Shown piece after piece: positions 37,517-47,426 of a stretch of 64,000 bases of DNA. The DNA lies in NCBI GenBank assembly GCA_050260935.1, contig JBLNCU010000180.1, positions 1,854-65,853 on the forward strand, given 5' to 3'. Every line of letters begins with the position of its first letter. Position 1 is the first letter of the stretch. Under the pieces are notes generated by a model that was given only the letters and a program-made list of their open reading frames with translations, made no database searches and was not told the DNA's origin. The stretch comes from Bacillota bacterium (GTDB lineage Bacteria; Bacillota; UBA4882; UBA8346). Both the position numbers and the translations under genes were made by a program.

Positions 37517-38578
37517 ATGGAGCGTATAAGTTTAAAGATGACCATCAATAATCAAGCCGGTGCTGCTTCCGGAAAAACCGGTTTAGCTAAAGACAAATGG
37601 GAAGAGGTCGTCCGTTTTTTTCCTCCGGAATTGCGGCAACTTTTGGCGAAAGTACCTTTCAATTTCAGACGAAAAGCGGTGGAAATCCGGTTAAGGCTTA
37701 ACCAGGCCCTGGAATTGAATTGTGATGACGGAGCGAGCTATATCTCCAGGGACGGTCTACCGGTGGAAGAAGCGGCAGAGGCGGTGGTTATTACTCACGA
37801 TGAGATCAAAAAAACCATCCAGTCGATAACGTCCGGTTCCTTATACGCGCTTGAGGAGGAGTTAATCCACGGGTATTTGACCCTGCCCGGTGGCCACCGG
37901 GTTGGTTTTACCGGCCATGCCCTCCAGGAGTCCGGACGGATTAGGTTAATAAAAAACATTTCCAGTATTAACTTTAGGATCGCCAAAGCCTTAAAAGGAA
38001 TCGCCCGGCCAATTCTCCCCTTGCTTTGGAAAGACGGCCGTTTTTTAAAAACCCTAATAATATCGGCGCCTGCGGCCGGTAAAACCACCCTGCTGCGGGA
38101 GATTGTCCGGGAGTTTAGTTACGGTAATTCCGATCTGGGTATACCGGGCCTCCATGTAGGTTTGGTGGATGAACGTTCCGAAATTGCCGGCAGTTATCAG
38201 GGAGTCCCGCAGCTGGATATAGGGCCCCGGACCGATGTTTTAGACGGCGCCCCTAAAAAAGAGGGGATTTATCTCTTATTGCGGGCTATGAATCCGCAAA
38301 TCATTGCTACCGATGAGATAGGAGGGGAGGATGATTTTCAAGTGATTGGCGATGTAATTAACGCCGGAGTAAGTATTTTGGCCACAGCCCATGCCCGAAG
38401 CCTTGCAGAAGCTATGCTCAGGCCCGGCTTGAAACGGGTTTTGGAGACCGGTTCGGTGGAACGTTTAATTGCCTTAAGTAACCGGATGGGAACCGGAACT
38501 ATTGAAAGTATAAAGGCCGGAGTTTCGGCGGCTGAATTATTGGTCAAAGCGATCCGCCCCGGAGGGTACTATGATTAA
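37517..38578 (+). CDS. spoIIIAA: Stage III sporulation protein AA (ATPase)
   Basis: Walker A SAPAAGKTTLLRE and Walker B IATDEIG. First gene of an eight-gene spoIIIA array. The start codon is uncertain because no clear SD is present. Confidence 0.85.
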   Translation: MERISLKMTINNQAGAASGKTGLAKDKWEEVVRFFPPELRQLLAKVPFNFRRKAVEIRLRLNQALELNCDDGASYISRDGLPVEEAAEAVVITHDEIKKTIQSITSGSLYALEEELIHGYLTLPGGHRVGFTGHALQESGRIRLIKNISSINFRIAKALKGIARPILPLLWKDGRFLKTLIISAPAAGKTTLLREIVREFSYGNSDLGIPGLHVGLVDERSEIAGSYQGVPQLDIGPRTDVLDGAPKKEGIYLLLRAMNPQIIATDEIGGEDDFQVIGDVINAGVSILATAHARSLAEAMLRPGLKRVLETGSVERLIALSNRMGTGTIESIKAGVSAAELLVKAIRPGGYYD

Positions 38579-39089
38579 AACAGTAGGGGCGGTACTAATC
38601 ATTGGAACAAGCACCTTGATCGGATTTTTCTGCGCCCAAAAATTTGGGGAACGTTGCCAACTATTAAAGTTGTGGCTGCGAATTCTAGCTATTTTTCAAA
38701 CCGAGATTTATTGTCAGGCCCAGGTCTTACCGGAAGTATTCCGGAGAACTGCCCTGTTCATCGAGGATCGTTATTTCGCCAATGCCTTTACTTGGTTGGC
38801 CTCGTCGTTGGAGTTCGGTTCAGATCAGGATTTTAGCGAGGCCTGGAGACGTTTTTTAATTGAGACCGGGGTGGGGGTGCTGACAAAGAATGATTTAACC
38901 GTTCTCAACGAGTTGGGAGATTATCTTGGATGCACTGATCGCCGTGATCAGCTGGAAAAAATCGTTAATTGCCAGGCAAAATTGGAACAAAACTTGAAGA
39001 CCGCCGAGAATGAAAGAAGCAAACGGGTTGGAGTATACCGTTATTTGGGATTTGCCATGGGAGCGGTCCTGGTTTTATGGCTGCTATGA
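38571..39089 (+). CDS. spoIIIAB: Stage III sporulation protein AB
   Basis: 172 aa with N- and C-terminal TM segments. Position in the operon. Overlaps the spoIIIAA stop. Confidence 0.8.
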   Translation: MIKTVGAVLIIGTSTLIGFFCAQKFGERCQLLKLWLRILAIFQTEIYCQAQVLPEVFRRTALFIEDRYFANAFTWLASSLEFGSDQDFSEAWRRFLIETGVGVLTKNDLTVLNELGDYLGCTDRRDQLEKIVNCQAKLEQNLKTAENERSKRVGVYRYLGFAMGAVLVLWLL

Positions 39090-39110
39090 CCCTGGCGAAG
39101 GGGTGAACGG

Positions 39111-39305
39111 ATGGATATTAATTTAATTTTCAGGATCGCGGGGATTGGAATCCTGATTTCAGTATTGAACATGGTTTTAAAACAAGCCGGCAAGGAGGAG
39201 CAAGGACAGATGCTAACCTTAGCCGGTGTGGTTATTGTGCTATTTATGATCATTCAATTGATTCAACGTTTGTTCAATGATGTCCGGGCAGTTTTCGGCT
39301 TGTAG
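39111..39305 (+). CDS. spoIIIAC: Stage III sporulation protein AC
   Basis: 64 aa, two TM segments. IFRIAGIGILISVLNMVLKQAGKEEQ matches the family. Confidence 0.85.
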   Translation: MDINLIFRIAGIGILISVLNMVLKQAGKEEQGQMLTLAGVVIVLFMIIQLIQRLFNDVRAVFGL

Positions 39306-39314
39306 GAGAGAGCT

Positions 39315-39698
39315 ATGAATTTTATTCCGGTGCTTGGTTTTTCACTGGTGGTAACCGTCCTCTTGATTATTGTCAGAAAAGAACGGCCAGAGATGGCGGT
39401 ACTGCTTGGAATTGCGGCTGCCGGACTTATATTATTAGCGCTGTTGAAAAGCATCGCTCAGGTAGTAATGGTATTTGAATCCCTGGCAATTAAATCGCAG
39501 TTGAACCTGGGCTATTTAAAATTAATCGTCAAGATTGTAGGTGTGGCTTATCTGGCCGGCTTTGGGGCTCAGATATGCAAAGACGCCGGGGAGGGAAGCA
39601 TAGCGGCAAAAATTGAACTGGCCGGGAAGATTTTTATTTTATCAATGGGGATCCCAATCGTGGCCGGTTTATTGGATTTAATTCTGAAGCTTCTTTAA
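39315..39698 (+). CDS. spoIIIAD: Stage III sporulation protein AD
   Basis: 127 aa, four TM segments. AYLAGFGAQICKDAGEGSIAAKIELAGKI. Confidence 0.85.
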   Translation: MNFIPVLGFSLVVTVLLIIVRKERPEMAVLLGIAAAGLILLALLKSIAQVVMVFESLAIKSQLNLGYLKLIVKIVGVAYLAGFGAQICKDAGEGSIAAKIELAGKIFILSMGIPIVAGLLDLILKLL

Positions 39699-39729
39699 AA
39701 AGACCATCTTCACCTCGAGGAGGAGCGTT

Positions 39730-40890
39730 TTGGCTTCCACCGGATATTGTTTTAAAATAGGCCTCTTATTATTAACAACGGTCTTTTTTATAGTAAGCCC
39801 GGTATTTGCATCCGCGCCGGCGCCGGGGATGGCTGCCGCCGATTCGGTGGATTTAAGCCAACTCAATAGTTTTTTAAAAACCTTGGATCAGGAAACTCAG
39901 CGCTTATTGCCGAAACTTGACTTGAAATCCTGGGGCTTGACCGGGCCTGATTGGGATTTTGGCAAGATTGGCAAGGATATCGCCGGTTATTTTCTGCGGG
40001 AATTAATTTTCAACCTGCGTTTGATGGGAGAGTTATTGCTATTGGCCATGGCGTTGGCGATTCTCCAAAATATGAGGCACGCCTTTGCCGGGGAAACAGT
40101 GAGTCAAATCGCTTTTGGGATCTGCTTTCTGGTGATGATGGGACTAGTGGCCAACAGTTTCAAGTTTACTTTCCTGATTGCCCGGGATGCCCTGGCCCAG
40201 ATGACCAATTTTATGTATTCCATAATCCCGTTACTGTTTTCCCTGATTGCCGCCGGAGGGGGAGTGACAACCACCGCTATTGTGCACCCGCTGCTTATTT
40301 CCACCATCGGATTGATGGGCGGGCTGATGAACAACCTGATTTTTCCCTTGATTTTATTTGCCGGGGTATTGGGGATGGTCAATTTTCTGGTTGATGGTTT
40401 TCAGATAAGCGGATTGGCCAATTTTTTTAAAACCGCGGCTTTAGGGTTAATGGGGCTTGCCATGGCGGTTTTCATCGGCATTATTACCATCCGGGGGTTT
40501 GCGGCTTCAATAGCCGACAGTACCGCTTTACGAACCGCCAAATATCTTACCACCACTTTCTTACCGGTAGTCGGCGGAGCGCTTTCCGATACGGTGGAGA
40601 TGGCCGCCGGATGTTCAGTAATCCTAAAGGGAGGCCTCGGAATTTTTGGTTTGGGAGTAGTGGTTTTAATCACGGTTTTTCCCTTGATGAAAATTTTAGC
40701 CGTGGCGGTGGTTTATCAACTAACCGGGGCGGTTGCCCAACCGCTGGGGAAAGAGTTCCGGATTGCCGAGGCGCTCCAGACCGTGGGCGGTACTTTTTTA
40801 AATATCTTTGGGGCCGTAGCGGTGGTAGGGTTGATGTTCTTTATTTCCCTGGCAATATTGGTGGGAGTGGCCTATATCAAAGTCTTTTAG
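39730..40890 (+). CDS. spoIIIAE: Stage III sporulation protein AE
   Basis: TTG after GGAGGAG. Signal peptide, then a polytopic membrane domain, 386 aa. Confidence 0.85.
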   Translation: MASTGYCFKIGLLLLTTVFFIVSPVFASAPAPGMAAADSVDLSQLNSFLKTLDQETQRLLPKLDLKSWGLTGPDWDFGKIGKDIAGYFLRELIFNLRLMGELLLLAMALAILQNMRHAFAGETVSQIAFGICFLVMMGLVANSFKFTFLIARDALAQMTNFMYSIIPLLFSLIAAGGGVTTTAIVHPLLISTIGLMGGLMNNLIFPLILFAGVLGMVNFLVDGFQISGLANFFKTAALGLMGLAMAVFIGIITIRGFAASIADSTALRTAKYLTTTFLPVVGGALSDTVEMAAGCSVILKGGLGIFGLGVVVLITVFPLMKILAVAVVYQLTGAVAQPLGKEFRIAEALQTVGGTFLNIFGAVAVVGLMFFISLAILVGVAYIKVF

Positions 40891-40916
40891 AAAGGATATC
40901 AAAGCGAGTGACGCTA

Positions 40917-41468
40917 ATGGGTCAGATAGGCGAGTGGTTGCAACCGATCGTTGCCGCCATTATTTTGGCAGGTTTTTTAGAGATGTTGCTTCCCGATAAT
41001 GAATTAAAAGACGTCACCAAAATGATTATGGGTTTGCTAATTATTATGCTTTTAATTCAACCATTGGTAAAGTTGTTTCACTTTCCGGACTATATGAACT
41101 GGTCTTTCCCGGCCTTAGTCCAAAAGGAGGGCCAACCTTCAACCGCGGAGATTTTAAAACAAGGTCAAAAGCTGCGTCAAAACTGGAGCACTCAATTTAA
41201 CAAGGAAAACAAGCAATTACTTGAGCGGAAAATCCATAATATCCTTGGCTTGATTGATGATATCAAGTTGGAAAATTTGGCTTTAAATTACACAGACGCC
41301 GGTCTGTTCAAGGCGGTTTTAAAAGTAAGACCGGCGGGTGACGGCTTGAGTATTGATTCCAAGGAGAAAGCCGTCGCTAAAATTATTGACTCGGTCCAGC
41401 TGATGACGGATCTGGCTGCCAACCAAATCGAGGTGATCTGGAATGACGGAAAAAAACCGGGAATTTGA
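40917..41468 (+). CDS. spoIIIAF: Stage III sporulation protein AF
   Basis: MGQIGEWLQPIVAAIILAGFLEMLLPDNELKDVTKMIMGLLII matches the family N-terminus. The track ORF (40611) is an upstream run-on overlapping spoIIIAE. Confidence 0.8.
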   Translation: MGQIGEWLQPIVAAIILAGFLEMLLPDNELKDVTKMIMGLLIIMLLIQPLVKLFHFPDYMNWSFPALVQKEGQPSTAEILKQGQKLRQNWSTQFNKENKQLLERKIHNILGLIDDIKLENLALNYTDAGLFKAVLKVRPAGDGLSIDSKEKAVAKIIDSVQLMTDLAANQIEVIWNDGKKPGI

Positions 41469-42045
41469 ATTTCCTTCAAAGGATTGGTGGAAGAGCATTC
41501 AAAAAAAACCGGGTTCTTTATGGGTAATGCTGGGTTTGATCGGATTGGGACTGGCTCTGCTCTTAAGCGGCAATGAAAAAGGCAACCCTTCAAAAGTAGG
41601 CCCTCAACCGGAAGCAATAAATGAAGAATCCACGGCCGCGCTCGCTACCCGCCGCCAGTTGGAATCGGAGTTGGCCAAGACTCTAGAAACGATCAGCGGG
41701 GTGGGAACGGTCAGGGTTGAATTGAATTTAAAATCGAGCGGCCGCAAGATTTGGGAGCGTCATTCACGGACCAATAAAAGAGTATCTCAGGAGCAAAACT
41801 CGGTCAATACCGAAGAAGACAACAGCGATGAACTGGTTATCGCCAAGGGGGTTGATGGCCGGGAGGCTCCTGTTTTGAAAGAGGAATTGGCCCCGGTAAT
41901 CCAAGGAGTCATTGTGGTCGCATCCGGGGCGCGGGATGTCAGGATCAAGGAGCTGTTAACCAACACTGTGATGACGGTGCTTGGGTTACCGGCCCACCGG
42001 GTCATGGTTATTCCCGGAGAAAATTATGAGGAGGAGACTAAATGA
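41443..42045 (+). CDS. spoIIIAG: Stage III sporulation protein AG
   Basis: One TM segment. C-terminal ring-building motif region GVIVVASGARDVRIKELLTNTVMTVLGLPAHRVMV. Confidence 0.8.
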   Translation: MTEKNREFEFPSKDWWKSIQKKPGSLWVMLGLIGLGLALLLSGNEKGNPSKVGPQPEAINEESTAALATRRQLESELAKTLETISGVGTVRVELNLKSSGRKIWERHSRTNKRVSQEQNSVNTEEDNSDELVIAKGVDGREAPVLKEELAPVIQGVIVVASGARDVRIKELLTNTVMTVLGLPAHRVMVIPGENYEEETK

Positions 42046-42554
42046 AGGACTTTTATATCATCCATCAGCGGAGAATCTGGAGCCTAGTGGCGCTACTCGT
42101 TTTTGCGGGATTGTTCGGTTACGGCTACTTCCGGGCCATACCGGCGGAGATCCCGAAATCGCCTCCGTTTAAGGAACCTTCACCGTTGAAAATTCCCCGG
42201 GAATACAGCCCCAACGATTCGCTGCTGGATTTAAAGATTGAACGGGACCGGGAGAGAAGCCGGGAGGTTGAAAAAGTCCAGGAGCTGTTAGAGCAGATCG
42301 GCCTCTCGGATGAGGTGCGAAAACAAGCTGAACAAGAGCTTTGGCGTCTAACCCAAATCAGTTCCAAAGAGCATGAATTGGAAAACCTTTTGAAAGCCAA
42401 GGGTTTTAATGAGTCTTTGGTCACAATCGGCCAGCGGTTGGTTTCGATTATCATAGCGGCTAAACTGAAGCCGGATGAGGCCAGATCCATCGGGCAACTG
42501 GCGGCGGAAGTCACCTCATTTAACCTTGATCAAATTCAGATTGTGGAGCGGTAA
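42042..42554 (+). CDS. spoIIIAH: Stage III sporulation protein AH
   Basis: One TM segment and a charged coiled region. Last gene of the array and start overlaps spoIIIAG stop. Confidence 0.75.
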   Translation: MKDFYIIHQRRIWSLVALLVFAGLFGYGYFRAIPAEIPKSPPFKEPSPLKIPREYSPNDSLLDLKIERDRERSREVEKVQELLEQIGLSDEVRKQAEQELWRLTQISSKEHELENLLKAKGFNESLVTIGQRLVSIIIAAKLKPDEARSIGQLAAEVTSFNLDQIQIVER

Positions 42555-42696
42555 GGTTGGGCTCACCTTCTCCCGTCCGGATAACCCGTATATTTGCCCA
42601 TTTAAAAGATAAAATTAATTAAAAGAAGGAAAAATTTCCTCTCTGGTGAATAAATATTAGAATATTTTTCTCAATCCCTCAAAAGGAGGACATTTG

Positions 42697-43179
42697 ATGA
42701 ATATTAAGGAAATCAAGGAACTGGTAAAGATGTTGGACGGCACCGACGTCACCGAACTAACTTTTGAAAATGAAGGCAATAAGGTTGTAATTAAAAAGGG
42801 CCTCGGCAAACTGCCTTTTATTTCTCAACAAGCCGTTCAATATCCACTGGTTAATCAATCGCCAGTTCCCCCCCAGGCTCCCGCAGCTCTGCAAGGAGCC
42901 GCTCCAGTTGAAGAAAAGCCTGAGGGACTTGGACCAAACCAAGTCTTAATTGTTGCCCCAATGGTCGGTACGTTTTACCGCTCTCCGAGCCCTGACGCCG
43001 ACCCGTATGTTCAAGTCAACCAAATAGTTGAAGCCGGACAAGTTGTTTGTATAATTGAAGCTATGAAATTGATGAATGAGATTGAAAGCGAGCTAAGAGG
43101 GAAAGTAGTCGAGATATTAGTGGAAAACGCGCACCCGGTAGAGTATGGTCAACCGTTAATGGTGTTGGAAAAAGTATGA
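42697..43179 (+). CDS. accB: Acetyl-CoA carboxylase biotin carboxyl carrier protein
   Basis: Pro/Ala linker and biotinylation motif IEAMKLMNEIE. Confidence 0.92.
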   Translation: MNIKEIKELVKMLDGTDVTELTFENEGNKVVIKKGLGKLPFISQQAVQYPLVNQSPVPPQAPAALQGAAPVEEKPEGLGPNQVLIVAPMVGTFYRSPSPDADPYVQVNQIVEAGQVVCIIEAMKLMNEIESELRGKVVEILVENAHPVEYGQPLMVLEKV

Positions 43180-43210
43180 CCATTTAAACTCATAACCGGG
43201 AGGATGAAAT

Positions 43211-44575
43211 ATGTTTAAAAAGATACTGATCGCCAACCGCGGCGAGATAGCATTAAGAATAATCCGGGCTTGTAAAGAGCTGGGGATCGGTACGGTAGCC
43301 ATCTATTCGGAAGCGGATCGGGAGGCTCTTCATGTTCATTATGCCGACGAGGCTTTTTGTGTCGGGCCGGCGCCGGGCAACCGGAGTTATTTGAATATCC
43401 CCAATATTATCAGTACCGCCACTATTGCCGGAGTAGACGCCATCCACCCCGGATACGGCTTTTTGGCCGAGAACGCCCGCTTCGCGGAGATCTGTGAGAC
43501 ACATCACATTAAGTTTATCGGGCCGCCGGCTGCGGCCATTGAAAAAATGGGGGACAAAGCTACCGCCAAACAAACCATGAGGGATGCCGGTGTTCCGGTT
43601 ATTCCCGGTTCCCAGGGAATTATCAAGGACGATCGGGAATTATTGGAGAAGGCTGAAGAGATTGGATTTCCGGTTATAATTAAGGCCTCGGCAGGCGGCG
43701 GCGGACGGGGAATGAGGGTCGTCCATAGCGCTGATGAGTTGTTGAGCGCCTTCCATACCGCTCAGTCGGAGGCCGATGCCGCCTTTGGCAATCCCGAGGT
43801 TTATATGGAGAAATATATCGAGGAGCCGAAGCATATCGAAGTCCAGTTACTCCTGGATGAACACGGAAATGGCATCTATCTGGGTGAGCGTGACTGTTCA
43901 GTCCAGCGCCGCCACCAAAAAGTGATTGAAGAAGCGCCTTCTCCGGCTGTAACGCCCGAGTTGCGCCGCAAAATTGGTGAAACCGCTTTGCAAGGCGCCA
44001 AAAAGGTCGGCTACGCCAATGCGGGGACAGTAGAATTCCTGCTGGATAAAAACGGTAAATTCTATTTTATGGAGATGAATACCAGAATTCAGGTGGAGCA
44101 TCCGGTGACTGAGATGATTACCGGGGTCGATTTGGTTCGGGAGCAGATCAAGATAGCCGCCGGCCAGAAATTAAGTTATATCCAGTCGGAGATTGCGGTC
44201 CGCGGCCACGCGATTGAATGCCGCATTAACGCCGAGGATCCGGAGAAAAATTTTCTGCCTTCGCCGGGGCGAATCTCCATGTATCACCCCTCAGGGGGTC
44301 CGGGAATCCGGGTCGACAGCAGCGCTTATGAAGGATTTGTAATTCCGCCTTACTATGATTCGATGATCGCTAAATTAATCGCCTGGGATGACAACCGCGA
44401 AAAAGCTATCGCCAGGATGATCCGGGCCTTGGAAGAATTCCAGATCGAGGGGGTCAAGACCACAATTCCGTTTCATTTGGAGGTCCTCAACAACGACTAT
44501 TTTAAAAAAGGGGAAGTTTACACCAATTTTATTCAAACCAGAATATTTAGTGACCAGTCAGACATATCTATCTAA
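43211..44575 (+). CDS. accC: Acetyl-CoA carboxylase biotin carboxylase
   Basis: [24 protein letters not shown]-grasp [24 protein letters not shown]. Confidence 0.95.
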   Translation: MFKKILIANRGEIALRIIRACKELGIGTVAIYSEADREALHVHYADEAFCVGPAPGNRSYLNIPNIISTATIAGVDAIHPGYGFLAENARFAEICETHHIKFIGPPAAAIEKMGDKATAKQTMRDAGVPVIPGSQGIIKDDRELLEKAEEIGFPVIIKASAGGGGRGMRVVHSADELLSAFHTAQSEADAAFGNPEVYMEKYIEEPKHIEVQLLLDEHGNGIYLGERDCSVQRRHQKVIEEAPSPAVTPELRRKIGETALQGAKKVGYANAGTVEFLLDKNGKFYFMEMNTRIQVEHPVTEMITGVDLVREQIKIAAGQKLSYIQSEIAVRGHAIECRINAEDPEKNFLPSPGRISMYHPSGGPGIRVDSSAYEGFVIPPYYDSMIAKLIAWDDNREKAIARMIRALEEFQIEGVKTTIPFHLEVLNNDYFKKGEVYTNFIQTRIFSDQSDISI

Positions 44576-44681
44576 GGGCATTGGCGATTTAACGCTCATG
44601 TAAATTAAGGCCAACATCGCGAACCCTGAAAACCACTCCATTTAAATCAGGTTTTAAGGGATAAAGAGGGGGTGCTCCCGT

Positions 44682-45062
44682 TTGGAAGATATTGAGAGAT
44701 ATGATACTGGTAGTATCCGGATTGCCAATGAAGTGGTCCGTATTATCGCCGGTTTGGCGGCTTCGGAGGTAAAAGGGGTTATTGGAATGAGCGGCGGGGT
44801 GGTCGATGGCTTCGCCGAGCTTTTAAAGAAGAAAAATCTGGCCAAAGGCGTAAAAGTTGAAGTAGGTGAGAAACAGGCGGCGGTTGATTTATTCGTCATC
44901 ATTGAGTATGGAGCTAAAATTCCCGACATCGCCTACCAGATCCAGGAGAACGTCAAACGGGCCATTGAAAGCATGACCGGTCTGGAAGTGGTGGAAGTAA
45001 ATGTCCATATTCAAGGAGTTGAATTTAAGCAAGAGGACTCCGGTGAAGTGAAAGTCCTTTAG
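44682..45062 (+). CDS. Asp23/Gls24 family envelope stress protein
   Basis: IRIANEVVRIIAGLAASEVKGV...VNVHIQGV. Confidence 0.85.
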   Translation: MEDIERYDTGSIRIANEVVRIIAGLAASEVKGVIGMSGGVVDGFAELLKKKNLAKGVKVEVGEKQAAVDLFVIIEYGAKIPDIAYQIQENVKRAIESMTGLEVVEVNVHIQGVEFKQEDSGEVKVL

Positions 45063-45086
45063 AAGAGGAAAGGGGTTTAGTTACCG

Positions 45087-45620
45087 ATGAAAGTCTGGGA
45101 ACGGCTGGTAAGTTTATTGGCGGGAATTATTTTAGGCGTCATAGGAATTGTCTTCTTTTTATTGGCTTTGGGACAGGCTTCAATCATTCTCGACCGGCTG
45201 AGTCAATTGACGCCGCAGGAACATTTATGGGCGTTGGGAGTGGCGGTCGTATCGCTGCTTCTGGCTTTTTTCGCCGTCAAGATGGCCTTGCGGATGCGGC
45301 GGGAAGAAAAGACCATCATCAATCAGACGCAATTCGGCGAGATCCGGATCGCGGTCTCGGCGGTGGAAAGTCTTTCTTTACGGGCAGCCAAAAGGATCAA
45401 AGGGGTGAAAGACGCCCATGTCGGGGTGAGAGCCGATCTTACCGGCTTGGATATTTTTATTGAAATAAGCGTCAACCCCGACTTAAACATCCCGCAAATC
45501 ATCGAAGAGATCCGGGCCAAAGTTGATGAGTACATTTTTGACACTGTAGGTATCAGAGTTAATTCCGTAAAAGTGCTTGTAACGAAGGTTGCCGGTGAAA
45601 GCCGGGCCAGGGTTGAATAG
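45087..45620 (+). CDS. Alkaline shock response membrane anchor protein AmaP-like
   Basis: Two N-terminal TM segments plus an Asp23-like C-terminal domain. Follows asp23. Confidence 0.6.
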   Translation: MKVWERLVSLLAGIILGVIGIVFFLLALGQASIILDRLSQLTPQEHLWALGVAVVSLLLAFFAVKMALRMRREEKTIINQTQFGEIRIAVSAVESLSLRAAKRIKGVKDAHVGVRADLTGLDIFIEISVNPDLNIPQIIEEIRAKVDEYIFDTVGIRVNSVKVLVTKVAGESRARVE

Positions 45621-45749
45621 TATGCAATGTTCGGCAATAATTTTGCAATATTTGCGGGGACAAGCCGTTAAAAGTGTTTAAGTCAGATCATAATTTAAGT
45701 CGGCAGATTCATGATTATTGATTGATTTTGCTAGAAAGGGGTACCGCCA

Positions 45750-45977
45750 GTGGAGGATTTTTTACGGGAATACCTGCCCAAATTACTGGAATATAAAGGC
45801 CGGATCTTCGGAAGCCTGGTCGGCTTGATAGCCGGTTTGTTATGGGCCTTTTTAGGCTTTTGGAGAGCGGTGGCCTTTTTAATCTGTATATTCACCGGAT
45901 ACTATTTAGGCAAAAAAATCGATAAGCGGGGTTCGATTCGGGAATTCTTAGAACATATACTTCCGCCTAACGACTGA
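45750..45977 (+). CDS. DUF2273-like small membrane protein
   Basis: 75 aa, two TM segments (GSLVGLIAGLLWAFLGFWRAVAFLICIFTGYYLGK). Typical third member of the asp23 cluster. Confidence 0.6.
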   Translation: MEDFLREYLPKLLEYKGRIFGSLVGLIAGLLWAFLGFWRAVAFLICIFTGYYLGKKIDKRGSIREFLEHILPPND

Positions 45978-45993
45978 AAGGTGATTACTTAAG

Positions 45994-46437
45994 ATGAGCC
46001 GTCATATTGCCCGGGAAATTGCATTTAAAATCCTTTTTCAAACGGACGTCGGTAGAAATCCCTGGCAGGAAGTTCTGCCCCGGACTCTCCAGGAAAACGA
46101 CTTGCCCGAGAAGTCCCGCCAATTTTTAGAACAGTTGGTAAAGGGAACCATTCGGAATTTAAAAATGATTGATGACGTAATCATCAAATATGCCCAAGAC
46201 TGGAAACTGGATCGCATGGCCAATACCGACCGGAATATTTTACGAATGGCAATCTACGAGTTGAAGTTTCTCCCCGATATTCCGGCTGGGGTCACCGTCA
46301 ACGAAGCGGTGGAGTTGGCCAAAAGATACGGGGATGAAGAATCCGGAAGGTTTGTAAACGGCATTTTAGGGAATGTCGCCCGGGCCACCGAAGGAAAGAA
46401 TGAACTGGAAAAAGCGGAGACCATAATGGAGGATTGA
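45994..46437 (+). CDS. nusB: Transcription antitermination factor NusB
   Basis: SRHIAREIAFKILFQ..., DRNILRMAIYEL, INEAVELAKRYG, FVNGILG. Confidence 0.92.
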   Translation: MSRHIAREIAFKILFQTDVGRNPWQEVLPRTLQENDLPEKSRQFLEQLVKGTIRNLKMIDDVIIKYAQDWKLDRMANTDRNILRMAIYELKFLPDIPAGVTVNEAVELAKRYGDEESGRFVNGILGNVARATEGKNELEKAETIMED

Positions 46438-46475
46438 CCTCTATTTTTTTTAGGCGTCATCCAGGAGTTTGACCT

Positions 46476-47426
46476 ATGATTCTAGGCATAGACACCAGTT
46501 GTTACACTACCTCCCTGGCAGCGATTGATGCCGTTAGCGGCTTGATTTTAGAGGACCGACGCCGGCTTCTCCAAGTTAAACCGGGGGATAAAGGTCTGCG
46601 GCAATCGGAGGCCGTTTTCCAACATCTTAAAAATTTGCCCGAGTTATTCTCCGGGGAGACGGCGCGCGATCTTAAAATTAAGGCGGTGGCGGCGGCTGTT
46701 GCCCCCCGCCCGGTTCCCGGTTCTTACCTGCCTGTCTTTAAAGTGGGGTCCTCGTTTGGGGAGACTTTCGCCCGGCTGTTGGGGGTCCCCTTTATCAAAA
46801 CCAGTCACCAGGAAGGGCATCTCCGGGCCGGCCTCTACCGGCAGGATAGATTAATGAACCGCAACTTTTTAGCCTGGCATATCTCCGGCGGAACCACTGA
46901 ATTGCTATTGGCGGAGGCCGGGGAGAACGGTTACCGGATCCAAAAAATAGGCGGTTCTTCCGATTTGCAGGTCGGCCAATTTATCGACCGGACCGGTGTC
47001 GCTTTGGGGACAAGTTTCCCGGCCGGTCCGGAACTGGAGAAGTTGGCCAGAGATTCAAGCTCGGACCAGACCTTGCCGGTGGCAACCAGAGGGCTGACAG
47101 CCAGTTTCTCGGGGCCGGATTCCGCAGCCAGGCGTTTGCTGTCATCCGGGATTGACAAGCGGGATTTGGCCCGGATGGTATTTAATTGCATAGCCAAGAC
47201 TTTGGTTGAAGTCTCAAAGGAAGCGGCGGCCAAGTATAAAATTCAAGCGGTTTTACTGGTGGGAGGCGTTGCTTCCAGTATGTTGATCCGCGAAATACTG
47301 ACGGCTGAAGGACCTGGGGCGGGGATAGATTTTTGCTTCGGAGTCCCCGAATTATCCAGCGACAATGCGGTAGGGATCGGCCTTATCGGTTTTGATCATT
47401 TTCGAAAGGAAAAATCAAATGACTAA
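46476..47426 (+). CDS. TsaD/Kae1-like (glycoprotease/ASKHA fold) paralog
   Basis: GIDTSCYTTS, SHQEGHL (HxxxH), ISGGTTELL, GQFIDRTGVALG, SFSG, LVGGVASS and SSDNAVGIG all parallel TsaD motifs. Confidence 0.6.
   Translation: MILGIDTSCYTTSLAAIDAVSGLILEDRRRLLQVKPGDKGLRQSEAVFQHLKNLPELFSGETARDLKIKAVAAAVAPRPVPGSYLPVFKVGSSFGETFARLLGVPFIKTSHQEGHLRAGLYRQDRLMNRNFLAWHISGGTTELLLAEAGENGYRIQKIGGSSDLQVGQFIDRTGVALGTSFPAGPELEKLARDSSSDQTLPVATRGLTASFSGPDSAARRLLSSGIDKRDLARMVFNCIAKTLVEVSKEAAAKYKIQAVLLVGGVASSMLIREILTAEGPGAGIDFCFGVPELSSDNAVGIGLIGFDHFRKEKSND

Noticed and set aside
40611-40916. Upstream part of the 285-aa ORF that would overlap spoIIIAE by about 280 nt.
   Set aside because: The G/R-rich translation has no family resemblance. 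The conserved SpoIIIAF N-terminus starts at ATG 40917 (or GTG 40908), right after the spoIIIAE stop. ORF 39951..40394 is likewise an alternative frame of spoIIIAE.
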